Assembly (NCBI GenBank): GCA_964558465.1
Contig: CAZLEF010000020.1
Coordinates: 19,723-83,722, forward strand
Reading direction: 5' to 3'
Length of the DNA stretch: 64,000 nucleotides
Source: an uncultured Lewinella sp.
GTDB taxonomy: Bacteria; Bacteroidota; Bacteroidia; Chitinophagales; Saprospiraceae
Under the pieces are notes generated by a model, which saw only the letters and a list, made by a program, of their open reading frames with translations, was not told the origin of the DNA and made no database searches. Position numbers and translations under genes: made by a program. Of this stretch, positions 53,274 through 63,700 are shown in pieces (positions within the stretch are counted from its first letter, which is position 1; the number at the start of each line of letters is the position of its first letter).

Positions 53274-54116
53274 TTATGCCGATTCCATTGCCTGAAATAT
53301 ACGGATCACTTCCACCGCCGCTTTTACATCGTGCACCCTCAGGATCCGGCTGCCTTGCTGCAAGGCGGCCAGGTGGAGGGCCGAAGCGCCGTTAAGCGCC
53401 TCTTCAGGGCTAACGCCCAGCGTGCGGTAGATCATGGATTTGCGGGAAATGCCCGCCATTACCGGAAAATCCAGCATACCCAAAATATGCAGGTTTTTCA
53501 ACAACTGAAAATTGTGGCGGATGGTTTTTCCGAACCCGAAACCGGGGTCGAGGATGATATCCTTCAGCCCGAGATCGGTCAGCTCCCGGGTTTCCGCGAT
53601 AAAAAAATCCAGCACTTCCTGCACCACGTCTTCATACCGGGCAGCCTGCTGCATATTGGCCGGCTCGCCTTTCATGTGCATCAACACATAGGGCACGCCC
53701 AGCCGGGCGACGGTGGGGTACATCTTCGGGTCGAGCCTGCCGGCGGAAATATCGTTGACGATGCTTGCGCCGGCCTCCACGGCAGTCCTTGCCACGGCAG
53801 CCCGGATCGTGTCGACTGAAACCACCGCCCCGGGAAAAGCCTTCTTGATCGCAGTGATCAGGGGGATCACCCGGGCCAGTTCTTCCGCCGCCTCAATGAT
53901 GACCGCCCCCGGGCGCGACGACATGCCGCCGATGTCCAGTATCGCGGCGCCTTCCGCCAGCATTTGTTCCGCCTTGCGCAAACCTTCCTCCAGGGAGGCC
54001 ACCCGGCTGCCCGCGTAAAAACTGTCCGGCGTGGCATTGATGATGCCCATGACCACCGGGGGGTCGAGCAGCAGCAGTTTGCCGGCGCAGTTGAGGGTGG
54101 TGCGTGGGTTGAGCAT
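53274..54116 (-). CDS. folP: Dihydropteroate synthase
   Basis: ORF 53274..54158 with probable start MLNPRTTLNC. Motifs are MGIINATPDSFY, ILDIGG, VSVDT, NDISAG and GFGFGK. Confidence 0.9.
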   Translation of the reverse strand: MLNPRTTLNCAGKLLLLDPPVVMGIINATPDSFYAGSRVASLEEGLRKAEQMLAEGAAILDIGGMSSRPGAVIIEAAEELARVIPLITAIKKAFPGAVVSVDTIRAAVARTAVEAGASIVNDISAGRLDPKMYPTVARLGVPYVLMHMKGEPANMQQAARYEDVVQEVLDFFIAETRELTDLGLKDIILDPGFGFGKTIRHNFQLLKNLHILGMLDFPVMAGISRKSMIYRTLGVSPEEALNGASALHLAALQQGSRILRVHDVKAAVEVIRIFQAMESA

Positions 54117-54164
54117 GCGATAAAGATACGGCCTTTGACGGAATTTTGGATGGGACATGTTTTT

Positions 54165-54260
54165 TTGGTGGACGGCGGATGGTGGATGGCAGACGGCAGA
54201 CGGTGGACGGTGGACGGTGGACGGCTAGGCTCCTGAGCGAAGTCGAAGGAGACGGTGATG
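54165..54260. repeat. GGTGGACGG-type tandem words plus the dispersed motif CCTGAGCGAAGTCGAAGG
   Basis: The sequence reads GGTGGACGGCGGATGGTGGATGGCAGACGGCAGACGGTGGACGGTGGACGGTGGACGGCTAGGCTCCTGAGCGAAGTCGAAGGAGACGG. It is the reverse-complement orientation of the 38.4-kb and 42.5-kb copies. Confidence 0.8.
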
Positions 54261-54742
54261 CCTGCCTGCGCTCCGTCGCGGCTTATGCGCATAGGTGACA
54301 AAAGGCTATGGGTGCGCCAACGGCATGCCTGGAAAAGGCCCCTTATTGCCGTAATATCTGTAGCCCCGATAGGGGCGAGAGGAAGCAGTGCAGCGCTCCA
54401 AAATAAAGAGGAGCAAAACCTTTCGGGCAATGGAATTCTTAACGAATTGATTGCAACAAGTTGCAGCTATAACCGTATTCTTATAGAAAGAAACCAAGGA
54501 AAAATCAGCTTCCATGAATCTGATGCGATGATCAACCTCATCGTTCACAGACTTTTGCAGGTTTAAGGTAATTTGAGTTAAAAATCTGTATTTCAGTATT
54601 TTATGGAAAACAATTCATCCCTCCAGGTGTTATATCGAAAAGATGTTGCCAAATTGATCCACTTGATGTGACCCTGTTCATCCAATTCGTCCTAATATGT
54701 TGTTTCAGATTCGTATATTTGACAAATTTTTAATGTAAAACC

Positions 54743-55978
54743 ATGTCCAGAAGTCCAGGTTCACCAGCCCCCGCCTCCAGGATCGGCGTTGCCAAAATGA
54801 TGATCATCATGCTCTTGCTGAGCATCGTGGGCGTTGCAGGTTACCGCTATTTGCGAAACGTAGGCGGCTGGGGCGCCGATTTTACCAATATCCCCAAAGA
54901 ATATACCCTGAATTATATCCCCGCCGATTTTAAAATGGATATCGACGAGGAAGACGCCCTGGCCATCCTCTCCAACCCGCAGCGGTACCGGAAGGAATTT
55001 GACCAGTTGGTCTACCAGGTCAATGTATCCCTGCTCGAACACGTTGCGCGCAGGATGGGGCTGCCCGATACGGCCCTGACCAAGATCCGGGCGGAATATG
55101 AAAACCAGCATCCCTATATCCGCACGTTGTATTATAACGACTTTATCGCCGCCCAGGATACCAATTCGCAGTTGTACCAGACCTGGTACGAAAACGGCGG
55201 CGGCAGCGCGGTGGCGGCCCTCAATCAGGTGGCTTCGAAATACACCTGTTTCCTGGTCACGCAGATCATTTCCTCTGTTGTCAAAACCAAGGAAGGCAGC
55301 TTTTTTGCCCGCGGGCGGGGGGTCGATAATCCCTGCACCATCGCCTCCAACGAAGCGCTCCAGCCTTTTCTGCGCAACCTGGAAGACCGTGCCAAGATCG
55401 AAGACTTCGCCCGCTCCAAAAACCTGCTCCAGGAGAAGATCGAACGGGTGATCGCCGAATTGGCCACCCTGGAAGTCCAGGATAAAAAGGGCATCACCAA
55501 ACAGATGCAGACCAAGTTCTGGGGGATGAACGTCTCTTCCTCCGACCTGGAGATCACGGCCATCAGCATCCTGAAAGTCGGGTTCAAACTGAACGAATAT
55601 TTCGACATCAGCCTCAACAGCAAGGCAGGTATCGTAACGGTTACCCTGCCCGAACCGGTTATCCTCTCACACGAAGTGTACCCTAAGATCGACAAACTGG
55701 ATATCGGCTGGCTGCGGGAGGTGAAAAGCGTCAACTTCAACGAAAGTTTCAATACCCTCCGCGAAGAATTCCGCCGCGAAGCCATTTACGAGGACAACGT
55801 CTACGAAAAGGCCAAACGCCAGGCCACCGAACTGATGAATACCATGTTCTCCCCGCTGATCTCTTCCATGAGCAGCAAATACCAGCTCCGGGTGAAATTC
55901 AAGGAAGGGCAGAAGGAACAAATGCCTGCCTGGGAAGACGAGGAACAAGAGGTTGAACAGGCTAGTTTGAAAAACTGA
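54743..55978 (+). CDS. Hypothetical membrane-anchored protein
   Basis: 411 aa with one N-terminal TM (MMIIMLLLSIVGVAGY) and an acidic C-terminus. No family recognised. Confidence 0.5.
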   Translation: MSRSPGSPAPASRIGVAKMMIIMLLLSIVGVAGYRYLRNVGGWGADFTNIPKEYTLNYIPADFKMDIDEEDALAILSNPQRYRKEFDQLVYQVNVSLLEHVARRMGLPDTALTKIRAEYENQHPYIRTLYYNDFIAAQDTNSQLYQTWYENGGGSAVAALNQVASKYTCFLVTQIISSVVKTKEGSFFARGRGVDNPCTIASNEALQPFLRNLEDRAKIEDFARSKNLLQEKIERVIAELATLEVQDKKGITKQMQTKFWGMNVSSSDLEITAISILKVGFKLNEYFDISLNSKAGIVTVTLPEPVILSHEVYPKIDKLDIGWLREVKSVNFNESFNTLREEFRREAIYEDNVYEKAKRQATELMNTMFSPLISSMSSKYQLRVKFKEGQKEQMPAWEDEEQEVEQASLKN

Positions 55979-55984
55979 TAGCAG

Positions 55985-56036
55985 TGGCCGGTTGTCAGGT
56001 CCCTGAGCGTAGTCGAAGAGGCCTGACAACCGGCCA
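55985..56036. terminator. 15-bp stem hairpin between convergent genes, with the loop carrying the dispersed motif
   Basis: TGGCCGGTTGTCAGG (55985-55999) pairs with CCTGACAACCGGCCA (56022-56036). The loop is TCCCTGAGCGTAGTCGAAGAGG. Confidence 0.65.
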
Positions 56037-56040
56037 TGTT

Positions 56041-58146
56041 CTACAGTTTCAAAAACTTTCCGGAACCTACCCCCTCCACCCGGATGAAATACCACCCGGA
56101 AGGAAGGTGTTCCACAGACAGTTCCGCGGCTTGGCTCCCCGGCAAAATTTCGGTTCTTTCCAGTATTTTCCCCATTGGATTACAGAGTATAACGGCGGTT
56201 TTTTTTAACCGGACCCGATCCAATACCAGGGTCAGGCGGGTTGTTGCCAGCGTTGGGAACAGGCTAAAGCTTTCCTCGCCGGAATCATGGTATTGTACCG
56301 CAATGACGGCGGAAAGCGAACTTTGGCCATCCAGGTCCACCTGGCGCAAACGATACCAGGCCAGGCCTTGAAAGGGATCGGGGTCTTGCCAGGTATAAAC
56401 AACCGGCACGCTGGAATTTCCTGCGCCGGGTACTTCGGCAAGTTGTTCGAAATCGCGGCCGCCGGCGTTTCGCTCCACCGCAAAATAGAGGTTGTTTTTT
56501 TCGGCAGCGGTTTCCCACTTCAACACGACGCCTTCCGGTCCGGCCTTGCCCCAAAAACGGGTGAATACAACAGGCAACACACCCTGACTGCCCACTGCAA
56601 ACGGCGAAAGGTTTTGGATGCCAGTCCGGGTGCGGGTATAGGGGCCGCTGCCGCCGGCCGGCGCTTCCGTGTCCTGGGCCCAGCCGCCGTCGTAATGGGC
56701 CAGGTAACAGGCGAAACGGTTAAATCCGCTCATTTCATCCAATCCGTTCCATTGCACCGTCATATTGAGGTTGCTGCCGCCGGGGGTGGTCTCTTCTGCA
56801 AACCAGGTTTTGTCAACCACCCCGGACGTCATCAAATTCCCGGAAAACCCGTGTTCGAATACGCCGTCGGCCACCCGGACGGCATAGGTGTCGGCGGTTC
56901 CTGCATTAGTCAGGTTAACCGGATTGTACCCGGTAGGGGTCCCGACAGGGTATGTAACCGGCACAACACTCACCCGCCGCCTGAGGCTGCCTGTGCCATC
57001 CGTTAAAATGTAGGCTGAAGGGGAACCACCCGATATCGATCCGGCGATGCCAATGTTCAGATCGTGGTTGCCGGTGAACAACAACCCGTCAAACAACCCG
57101 AGTATGCCGTTGACCTGGGTGGGGCCGGTCAGGGTTTTAGCGCCGCCGCCGCTGATGTTCAGCCGGGCATAAATGAAGCCGTCTTCGATGATTTGGTCAG
57201 CCGTACCGGCATAATCAACGAGGGCGCCGCTGTTGAAACTGACCGTTTCCCGGCTGCCGCCGAAGGCCGTGAATACCTGGCCTTCGCCCTGAAGTTCGAG
57301 CGCTCCGCCGGCCTGTACACTGAGTGTGGCGACGGCCGCTCCGCCGCTGCCGGCATTTCCGGTTACCTGGTTGCGGGCGATGATCCGGCCCGATCCGCCG
57401 ATGACATAATTGATGTTGCCGCCGGCGGGGTTGGCAGTGTTGACGAACAGGTTCCCGGAGATGTCCAGGACGCCGTTGACGGTGAAGGTACCGTCGTTCC
57501 AGGAGTTGTTGGTGGCGCCGTTGATCCCGTCGATGGAGACGTCGCCGGCCGCCGAAACGGTTGCGCCGGCACTGATGGTGACATTGAACGTGCGCCGGGC
57601 TGAATTGGAAGGGCTGGCCTGATTGAGCAGGCATGCCGACCCTGACCAGGAGAGGAAAACGTCGGCATGGATGGTCAGGTTGGAGGTATTCGCGGCTCCT
57701 GCGTCGAGGTCTTTCCTCAGCCGGGAAAGGGCGATATAACCCGAACCGGAGAGGGTGCAGGTTGGGCCGTTGATGTCGAGGCTGAGGCCGTCGCCGCCCA
57801 GGGTCCCGTCGACCAGGATGCCCGTGCCGTAAACCTGGATGTAGCGGTTGTCTGCGGAGCCGGCTTGCAAAACTGCGCCGTTTTCTACCGTCAGGTTGAA
57901 AACCGAGAAGTCGGCGCTGCCCGGCAAGACGACGGTATGGCCGCTTTGCACCACCACATTCAGGGCGGGGTTGTTGGGATTGGTTACGGGTGTGCCCAGT
58001 CCGTCGGACTGCGTGTTCCAGAGGTTGGGGGCGTTCCAAACCCCGCTTGCTGCGGAGTAAACGGTTTGAGCATGGATGGAAAATTGGAAAAAAAGATAAA
58101 ACAGCGAAAGGGCGACCTGTATGGTCGCGGTGTTGAAAGAGCGCAT
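56041..58146 (-). CDS. T9SS type A sorting-domain protein with beta-helix-like Gly/Asn-rich repeats
   Basis: ORF 56041..58254 with likely start MRSFNTATIQVALSLFYLFFQFSIHAQ. The C-terminal ~80 aa ending ...LPSGWYFIRVEGVGSGKFLKL look like a Por/T9SS C-terminal domain. Confidence 0.7.
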   Translation of the reverse strand: MRSFNTATIQVALSLFYLFFQFSIHAQTVYSAASGVWNAPNLWNTQSDGLGTPVTNPNNPALNVVVQSGHTVVLPGSADFSVFNLTVENGAVLQAGSADNRYIQVYGTGILVDGTLGGDGLSLDINGPTCTLSGSGYIALSRLRKDLDAGAANTSNLTIHADVFLSWSGSACLLNQASPSNSARRTFNVTISAGATVSAAGDVSIDGINGATNNSWNDGTFTVNGVLDISGNLFVNTANPAGGNINYVIGGSGRIIARNQVTGNAGSGGAAVATLSVQAGGALELQGEGQVFTAFGGSRETVSFNSGALVDYAGTADQIIEDGFIYARLNISGGGAKTLTGPTQVNGILGLFDGLLFTGNHDLNIGIAGSISGGSPSAYILTDGTGSLRRRVSVVPVTYPVGTPTGYNPVNLTNAGTADTYAVRVADGVFEHGFSGNLMTSGVVDKTWFAEETTPGGSNLNMTVQWNGLDEMSGFNRFACYLAHYDGGWAQDTEAPAGGSGPYTRTRTGIQNLSPFAVGSQGVLPVVFTRFWGKAGPEGVVLKWETAAEKNNLYFAVERNAGGRDFEQLAEVPGAGNSSVPVVYTWQDPDPFQGLAWYRLRQVDLDGQSSLSAVIAVQYHDSGEESFSLFPTLATTRLTLVLDRVRLKKTAVILCNPMGKILERTEILPGSQAAELSVEHLPSGWYFIRVEGVGSGKFLKL

Positions 58147-58375
58147 GATGTAGGTTTTAAGTGTTAAAAATCTACTTGCAAAATAACGATAAAACGTTTC
58201 TTTTCCAACTATTATCAACAAAATTTTCAAACCGGCGGAACGCCTGGGCAACACCGGCCGGCCTGAAAGGTGAATTTACCCATGTTAGTGCAAATTCCAA
58301 TGCTCAATGATTATCCGCTGAAAAACAATTAATTAGATTACCTGTTCGTTATCACCTAAACCAAAAACCTGTACT

Positions 58376-58720
58376 ATGAAAAACATCCTCTTATTATTTT
58401 TGGCAGTTCTGCTGCTTTCGGTTGCGTGCAAAAAAGACCGGGAAAAGAACCTTCCGGCCTGCATAAAGACCCAACTGGATGCCTTTAAACAGGGTTCACA
58501 AACCTGCGCGGCCGGCAGCGCCAGCCTGAAAACCTACCAATTCCAGAACCAGACTGTCTACGTTTTCGACGACGGCCCCTGCATCAGCGACGGCGCCAAA
58601 CGTGTTTTGGACAAAGACTGCAACCAGCTTTGCACCCTCGGGGGTATCGGCGGATTGACGGAGTGTAACGGGCAGGATTTTGCGGCCAACGCCACCGGGG
58701 AATTCCAGGTCTGGCCCTGA
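58376..58720 (+). CDS. Small lipoprotein, unknown function
   Basis: 114 aa with lipobox LLLSVAC and six further Cys residues. Confidence 0.5.
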   Translation: MKNILLLFLAVLLLSVACKKDREKNLPACIKTQLDAFKQGSQTCAAGSASLKTYQFQNQTVYVFDDGPCISDGAKRVLDKDCNQLCTLGGIGGLTECNGQDFAANATGEFQVWP

Positions 58721-58793
58721 TTTTTTATGGTTTCACGGTTTCATTGTTAACCATGAAGCACTGCAACCGTGAAACCATTCATCCCTGAAACCC

Positions 58794-59231
58794 TCAATAA
58801 GAAATGGTGATCGTATACGTTATCCCTTTTTTTTCTCCTTTTTTGGGCGCAACGGCGGGCTTGCTAACAATTTCATAACTCACCGCTCCGGGAGAGACCG
58901 GTTTTTGTTTGGGCAACCGGAAACGGATATGTATTTTTTGGTGGAAAAGGACCCGCATACCGCGGTGTTTGGCCACATGAAATTTTAACGATTTCACCAG
59001 CCGGATCGCCTCTTCGTCGCATCCGTGACCCAGACTCGAGAGCACTTTTGTTTCTACCACATTGCCTTTATAATCGATATCGTACGTTATATAGACGGCG
59101 CCTTCAATTTTGTTTTTGAGGGCCTCCGGAGGGTATTTCAGGTTCTGCCGGATGAATTGCTGCATCGCCTTGGGGCCGCCCGGGTACTCGGGGCGATGGA
59201 CAAAATTTTTATCTGTCTTTTCTTTTTTCAT
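58794..59231 (-). CDS. TonB C-terminal domain protein
   Basis: 145 aa with PEYPGGPKAMQQFIRQNLKYPPEALKNKIEGAVYITYDIDYKGNV, typical of the TonB_C fold. Confidence 0.7.
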   Translation of the reverse strand: MKKEKTDKNFVHRPEYPGGPKAMQQFIRQNLKYPPEALKNKIEGAVYITYDIDYKGNVVETKVLSSLGHGCDEEAIRLVKSLKFHVAKHRGMRVLFHQKIHIRFRLPKQKPVSPGAVSYEIVSKPAVAPKKGEKKGITYTITISY

Positions 59232-59392
59232 ATATAAAGGTCTCCTTGTTCATGGAAGTAATTTTTATCACCTTCCAGCCAACAAAGTAAACGGAAAACC
59301 TGATTTTTATCAAACCCTATTGACAAATACACACCTTTTTTGTACATTTAGTGCGATTACAGGATTTGGATTCAAAAGCGGCGATTTGTATG

Positions 59393-60286
59393 TCATCAGT
59401 TGAGCGATTTATTCAATATCTTCAATTTGAGAAACGAAGTTCTTCGCATACAGTCGACGCATACCGGACGGACCTGGGGCAGTTTCAAAGTTTCATCTCC
59501 GCCACCTACCAATTGGAAGCCCTCGAAGAAGTCAGCCATTTTTACATCCGTTCCTGGGTGGTTTCCATGCTGGATGCAGGTTTGAGCGCGGCCTCCGTCC
59601 GCCGCAAATTATCTACCCTCAAGTCCTTTTTCCGGTTCCTTCTGCAGCGGAAAATCATCAGCAAAAACCCCATGCGGCAGGTTTCCATTCCCAAAACAGG
59701 CAAACGGCTCCCCGTTACCACCCTGGCAAAGGATATGGAACAACTGTTGGATCATACCGGGTTTTCCGATGATTATAACGGCTGGCGCGACCGGCTGGTC
59801 CTCGAAATGTTATACGGCCTGGGTTTGCGCCGGTCGGAATTGCTGCAACTCCGGCTCGCCGATGTGGACTGGCAAAGCCGGCTGGTCAAAATTACGGGTA
59901 AAGGGAATAAACAACGCCTTGTGCCGTTCGGTCCTTCCCTGCACCGCTTGCTTGAAAATTATATGGAAGTCAGAAAACAATACTTTCCGGTCGCCGGAAA
60001 TCCTTGCGTTTTTTTGACAGAAAAAGGTGAACCCATGTACCCCAAACTGGTTTATAATATTGTAAAACGATATTTGTTGCTTATACCTGCATTGGATAAA
60101 AGGAGTCCGCATGTACTGCGGCATTCTTTTGCTACGCATTTATCCGAAAACGGGGCAGATTTGAACGCCATCAAAGGTTTGCTCGGCCATGCCAACCTGG
60201 CGGCTACCCAGGTCTATACCCACAATTCGATTGAAAAACTGAAGAAAGTATACCGGCAGGCACACCCCAAAGCCGGAGAGGGCTAA
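59393..60286 (+). CDS. Tyrosine site-specific recombinase, XerC/XerD family
   Basis: ORF 59351..60286 with likely start MSSVERFIQYLQFEKRSSSHTVDAY. It has RDRLVLEMLYGLGLRRSEL, HVLRHSFATHL and LLGHANLAATQVYTH (R-H-R-Y residues). Confidence 0.85.
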   Translation, partial: SSVERFIQYLQFEKRSSSHTVDAYRTDLGQFQSFISATYQLEALEEVSHFYIRSWVVSMLDAGLSAASVRRKLSTLKSFFRFLLQRKIISKNPMRQVSIPKTGKRLPVTTLAKDMEQLLDHTGFSDDYNGWRDRLVLEMLYGLGLRRSELLQLRLADVDWQSRLVKITGKGNKQRLVPFGPSLHRLLENYMEVRKQYFPVAGNPCVFLTEKGEPMYPKLVYNIVKRYLLLIPALDKRSPHVLRHSFATHLSENGADLNAIKGLLGHANLAATQVYTHNSIEKLKKVYRQAHPKAGEG

Positions 60287-60376
60287 CAGACAGCTGGCCG
60301 CCGGCTGACTTCGGTTGGCGGTCCACACTGACTTAAAGCCCAGGATTTTATTGCTTAACCGAAAAAAAAATGCCTT

Positions 60377-60676
60377 ATGAAAGTTTACACAGAAACAGTC
60401 CAGTTTAAAGCGGATCAGAAATTAATTGATTTCATCCAAGGTAAACTGGAAAAGATCGACCATTATTACGACCGGGTCATCGACGCGCACGTTACCCTGA
60501 AACTGGAAAATGCCGGCCAGGTTAAAGACAAAATAGCCGAGGTCCGGCTAAACGTTCCGGGAGAAACGCTGGTGGTCAAGGAAACGCAAAAAACCTTCGA
60601 AGCTTCCGTCAACCGCGCAGTTGACGGTCTCAAACGCCAACTCATCAAATATAAAGAAAGACTAAGGCAGAATTAA
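60377..60676 (+). CDS. hpf: Ribosome hibernation promoting factor (HPF/RaiA family)
   Basis: 99 aa with a short-HPF pattern: MKVYTETVQFKADQKLIDFIQGKLEKIDHYYDRVIDAHVTLK. Confidence 0.9.
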   Translation: MKVYTETVQFKADQKLIDFIQGKLEKIDHYYDRVIDAHVTLKLENAGQVKDKIAEVRLNVPGETLVVKETQKTFEASVNRAVDGLKRQLIKYKERLRQN

Positions 60677-60700
60677 TCGGGTGATGCATTGTAAAAAGCC

Positions 60701-60739
60701 GAGCCGCTCCGGAAACATCCGGAGCGGCTCTTCTTTTTT
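60701..60739 (+). terminator. Rho-independent terminator (usable from both directions)
   Basis: GAGCCGCTCCGG-AAACAT-CCGGAGCGGCTC is followed by TTCTTTTTT and preceded by AAAAA. It lies between hpf (+) and the convergent adhesin gene (-). Confidence 0.8.
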
Positions 60740-60783
60740 GAGGAATTGAAGAATCAAAATCAGTTCCTCAATTCCTCAATTCC

Positions 60784-63700
60784 TCATCCCCCCTTCACCA
60801 CCCTCAATGTCTTCACATGGGTCTTCCCGAATTTCAAACGGATCACGTAAGCTCCCGAGGGGTAGGGGCTGAGATCCAGCTCCATCCACTCCACATCTTT
60901 TCCGGCAGTTTGTTTTTGAAGCACGATTCCATTGATGCCGATCAATTCCACCTGCACCGGCTCGTCGAATGTTTCAAACAGTTCCAGGATCATTTTGTCC
61001 TTTACCGGGTTGGGATAGACCACCGCCAGTTTGGAATCGCTGTAAAGGATCGCCGACCCGGTTTCCGACAATGCCGTATGGCCAAAACCATCCCGGATTC
61101 GCACCCGGTAGTAGTTGCGGCCCATTTTGGAACTCTGGTGTTCAAAGTTGTATTTCCGGTTCCCGCCCGATATCGCAGATGGGGTGTTGACCAGGCCGAT
61201 ATCCCTGAAGTTTACCCCGTCTGCCGCGTGTTGTACCGTGAAATCAAGGGGTAATCCGTCGGCGCGGACTTCCCATGAAACCTGGATCGTCCGGGCTTCC
61301 TGGTCGGTTACTGCTACGTCGATGCCCATCACATCCGGACAGGCAGTCGGGCTGTTGGTCACCACCACAACGCTGATATCTGTTGAGGTACAGCCGTTTT
61401 CAGTTACCGTCAGCGTGATCTGGAACGTTCCGAACGAACTGTAGGCCACTTGCGCGGTATGCCCGGTCGCTGTTTGCGGAATTGCGCCGTTGCCGAAATG
61501 CCACTGAATGACGGCGTTCTGTCCGGCGCCCACAGCAGTATAAGTATGGGTTTCGCCCTGACAAATGAAATCGGGCCCGCCGATATTGGCCACCGCCTGA
61601 TCGTCCACCTCTACCACCAGAATATTGGATTCGAGGTAGGCCGTACAATCCTCTCGTCTTGCGCAGCGCACAAAATAAGTGGTCGCGAACAGCGGTCCGG
61701 AATCATATGCCGGCGAATTGGAATTGGGGATCGGAACCCACGATCCGTCATTGAAATGACCTCCCGAAGCGCTCATCATCCATAAATATTCGATCTGGCC
61801 TTCTCCGCCGGAGGCGCCGGTGATGCTGACAAACGGCGCCGGATCATTGCCCGGGCCGCAAAGTACCTGGTTGTAACCGATCTGTCCGGGTTGTGTGATG
61901 TTTTCGCACAAAGTGTAAAAACCCGCGTCAATGGTCAGGTTCATTTCGTCCGGCCCCAGCGTAACCGGCGGCGCCATAAAGCTCAGCGGGTCCATGTCAC
62001 TGTCCGTCGCGTCATTGCCGGCTGCATTGGGGATGGTCGGTATCAGGCCCTCAGGCTGCCCGAAAGTCACCTTATAGGTCCCCGGCGGCACCAGGAACAT
62101 GTACATGCCGGTGTTGTCAGTGGTGGTCATGTCCATATAGTTGTTTCCCACGCCGTTGACGGTGACTTTAACATTGGGCAAACCCGGCTCGCCCGGTTCC
62201 TGCCGGCCGTCGTGGTCAAGGTCCAGCCAGACATAATCACCTAATTTGGCCAGACAATCCTCAGTAATCAGGATTTCTGTTATGATCCTGGTTTCGCACA
62301 TTTCCGGCGAATCCGGTATGAAAACAGTTGTGAATTCGATCAAACCCGGTTGTAAAACCTGGGGATTGAGCATAGGAACTTCAACACCGTTCACGTAGTA
62401 GTGCGTGACGCCTGGCATTTCCGGGTTGACCGTTGGGGTGAAAGGGGCATCGGAAATACAAAGCTCTGCCGGCAAATCGGCCAGATTGACTACCGGATAC
62501 CCGCAGGTATTGGAGATGCTGAGGGTGTCAAAACCATTGGTCACGACCGCGGTATAGGTTACCCAATCGACAAGCCTGAAAGGGAGTACGTATTCCCCGG
62601 GGGCAGTTTCCTGGATGATCGTGTTCAAGGGTATCTGGATGGGCGCCGCCGGCGGTTCGGGGCTGTTGAACTGGTACATGCCTTCGTTTCCGATCAGCCG
62701 CCAGGTTTCGCCCGGATAACTGTGGACGGTAAATTCCTCGGTAAATTGCCCGTTATCCTCGGTGGTTGAATTATTCAGGCAATTGCAGGGGTCTCCGATC
62801 GCAGGCGTCGGTATGAGGTATATGCCGGCGTCTAGTGTCAGATCCATTTCATCTGTCATGAGGGAAGTGGTATGCGACATACCCATCATACTCATATCGG
62901 CGTCGTTGTCGAGGGTATCGTCATTGCCGGCGTTGCGCACCGTGAACCGGTAGCCGTAGGGCAGGACAAACCAGACGGAATAAGTAGCCGGCGGTAGCGA
63001 GTCGAACAGGTAATAGCCGCCGGCATCGGTCAGGGTGGAATCGATGACCGTACCCTGAGCGTTTTTCAGCCTCACGGTCACATCGGGTACGCCGGGTTCG
63101 GCATCGTCCTGGATACCGTCCCGGTCCAGGTCTTCCCACACATAATCCCCCAGTTGAGCAAAACAATTGTTGACAATGGAGAGCATGCTGACGATCCTGG
63201 CCTGGCATTCGTTTGGATTGATGGGCGTGAGCAGGGCGACAAATTCAAAAAGCCCGATGCCCAGGTCGGCAGGGTCGATATGGTCTACCTGTTCCCCATT
63301 GATGAAATAGGTTATTTGGCCGGGTACGCCCGGATTGGCCGTCGGAACAAAAGGCGGGTCATAAATGCACATTTCAGCAGGAATCCCGGATAAATTGACG
63401 GTAGGGTAAGTGCAATTGTTTCCGATCATCAGAATATCAGTCCCGTTCGACAACCTGGCGCTGTAGGGGATGGCGTCAATCAGTTTGAATGGCAAAACGT
63501 AAACGCCCGGCGAAGTTTCGGTAAAAAAGGCGCCGACCCCGAATGGAACCGGGATTCCCGGCGGTTCCGGGCTGTTCGGATCCCACATCCCCGTGGCTTC
63601 GATCACCTGCCAGGTTTCACCCGGGTAGCTGATAATGGTGATTTGTTCGCCGAATTGCCCGTTATGTTCCGTGGTTGCATTGTTGAGGCAATGGCAGGGG

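Noticed and set aside
59351-60286. XerC/D-like tyrosine recombinase as the missing integron integrase
   Set aside because: It lies 32 kb from the array, in the conserved xer-hpf arrangement typical of Bacteroidota housekeeping recombinases. Its length (~300 aa) and motif spacing look like XerC/D, with no obvious extra IntI-specific insertion. A proper IntI HMM would be needed to exclude it completely.
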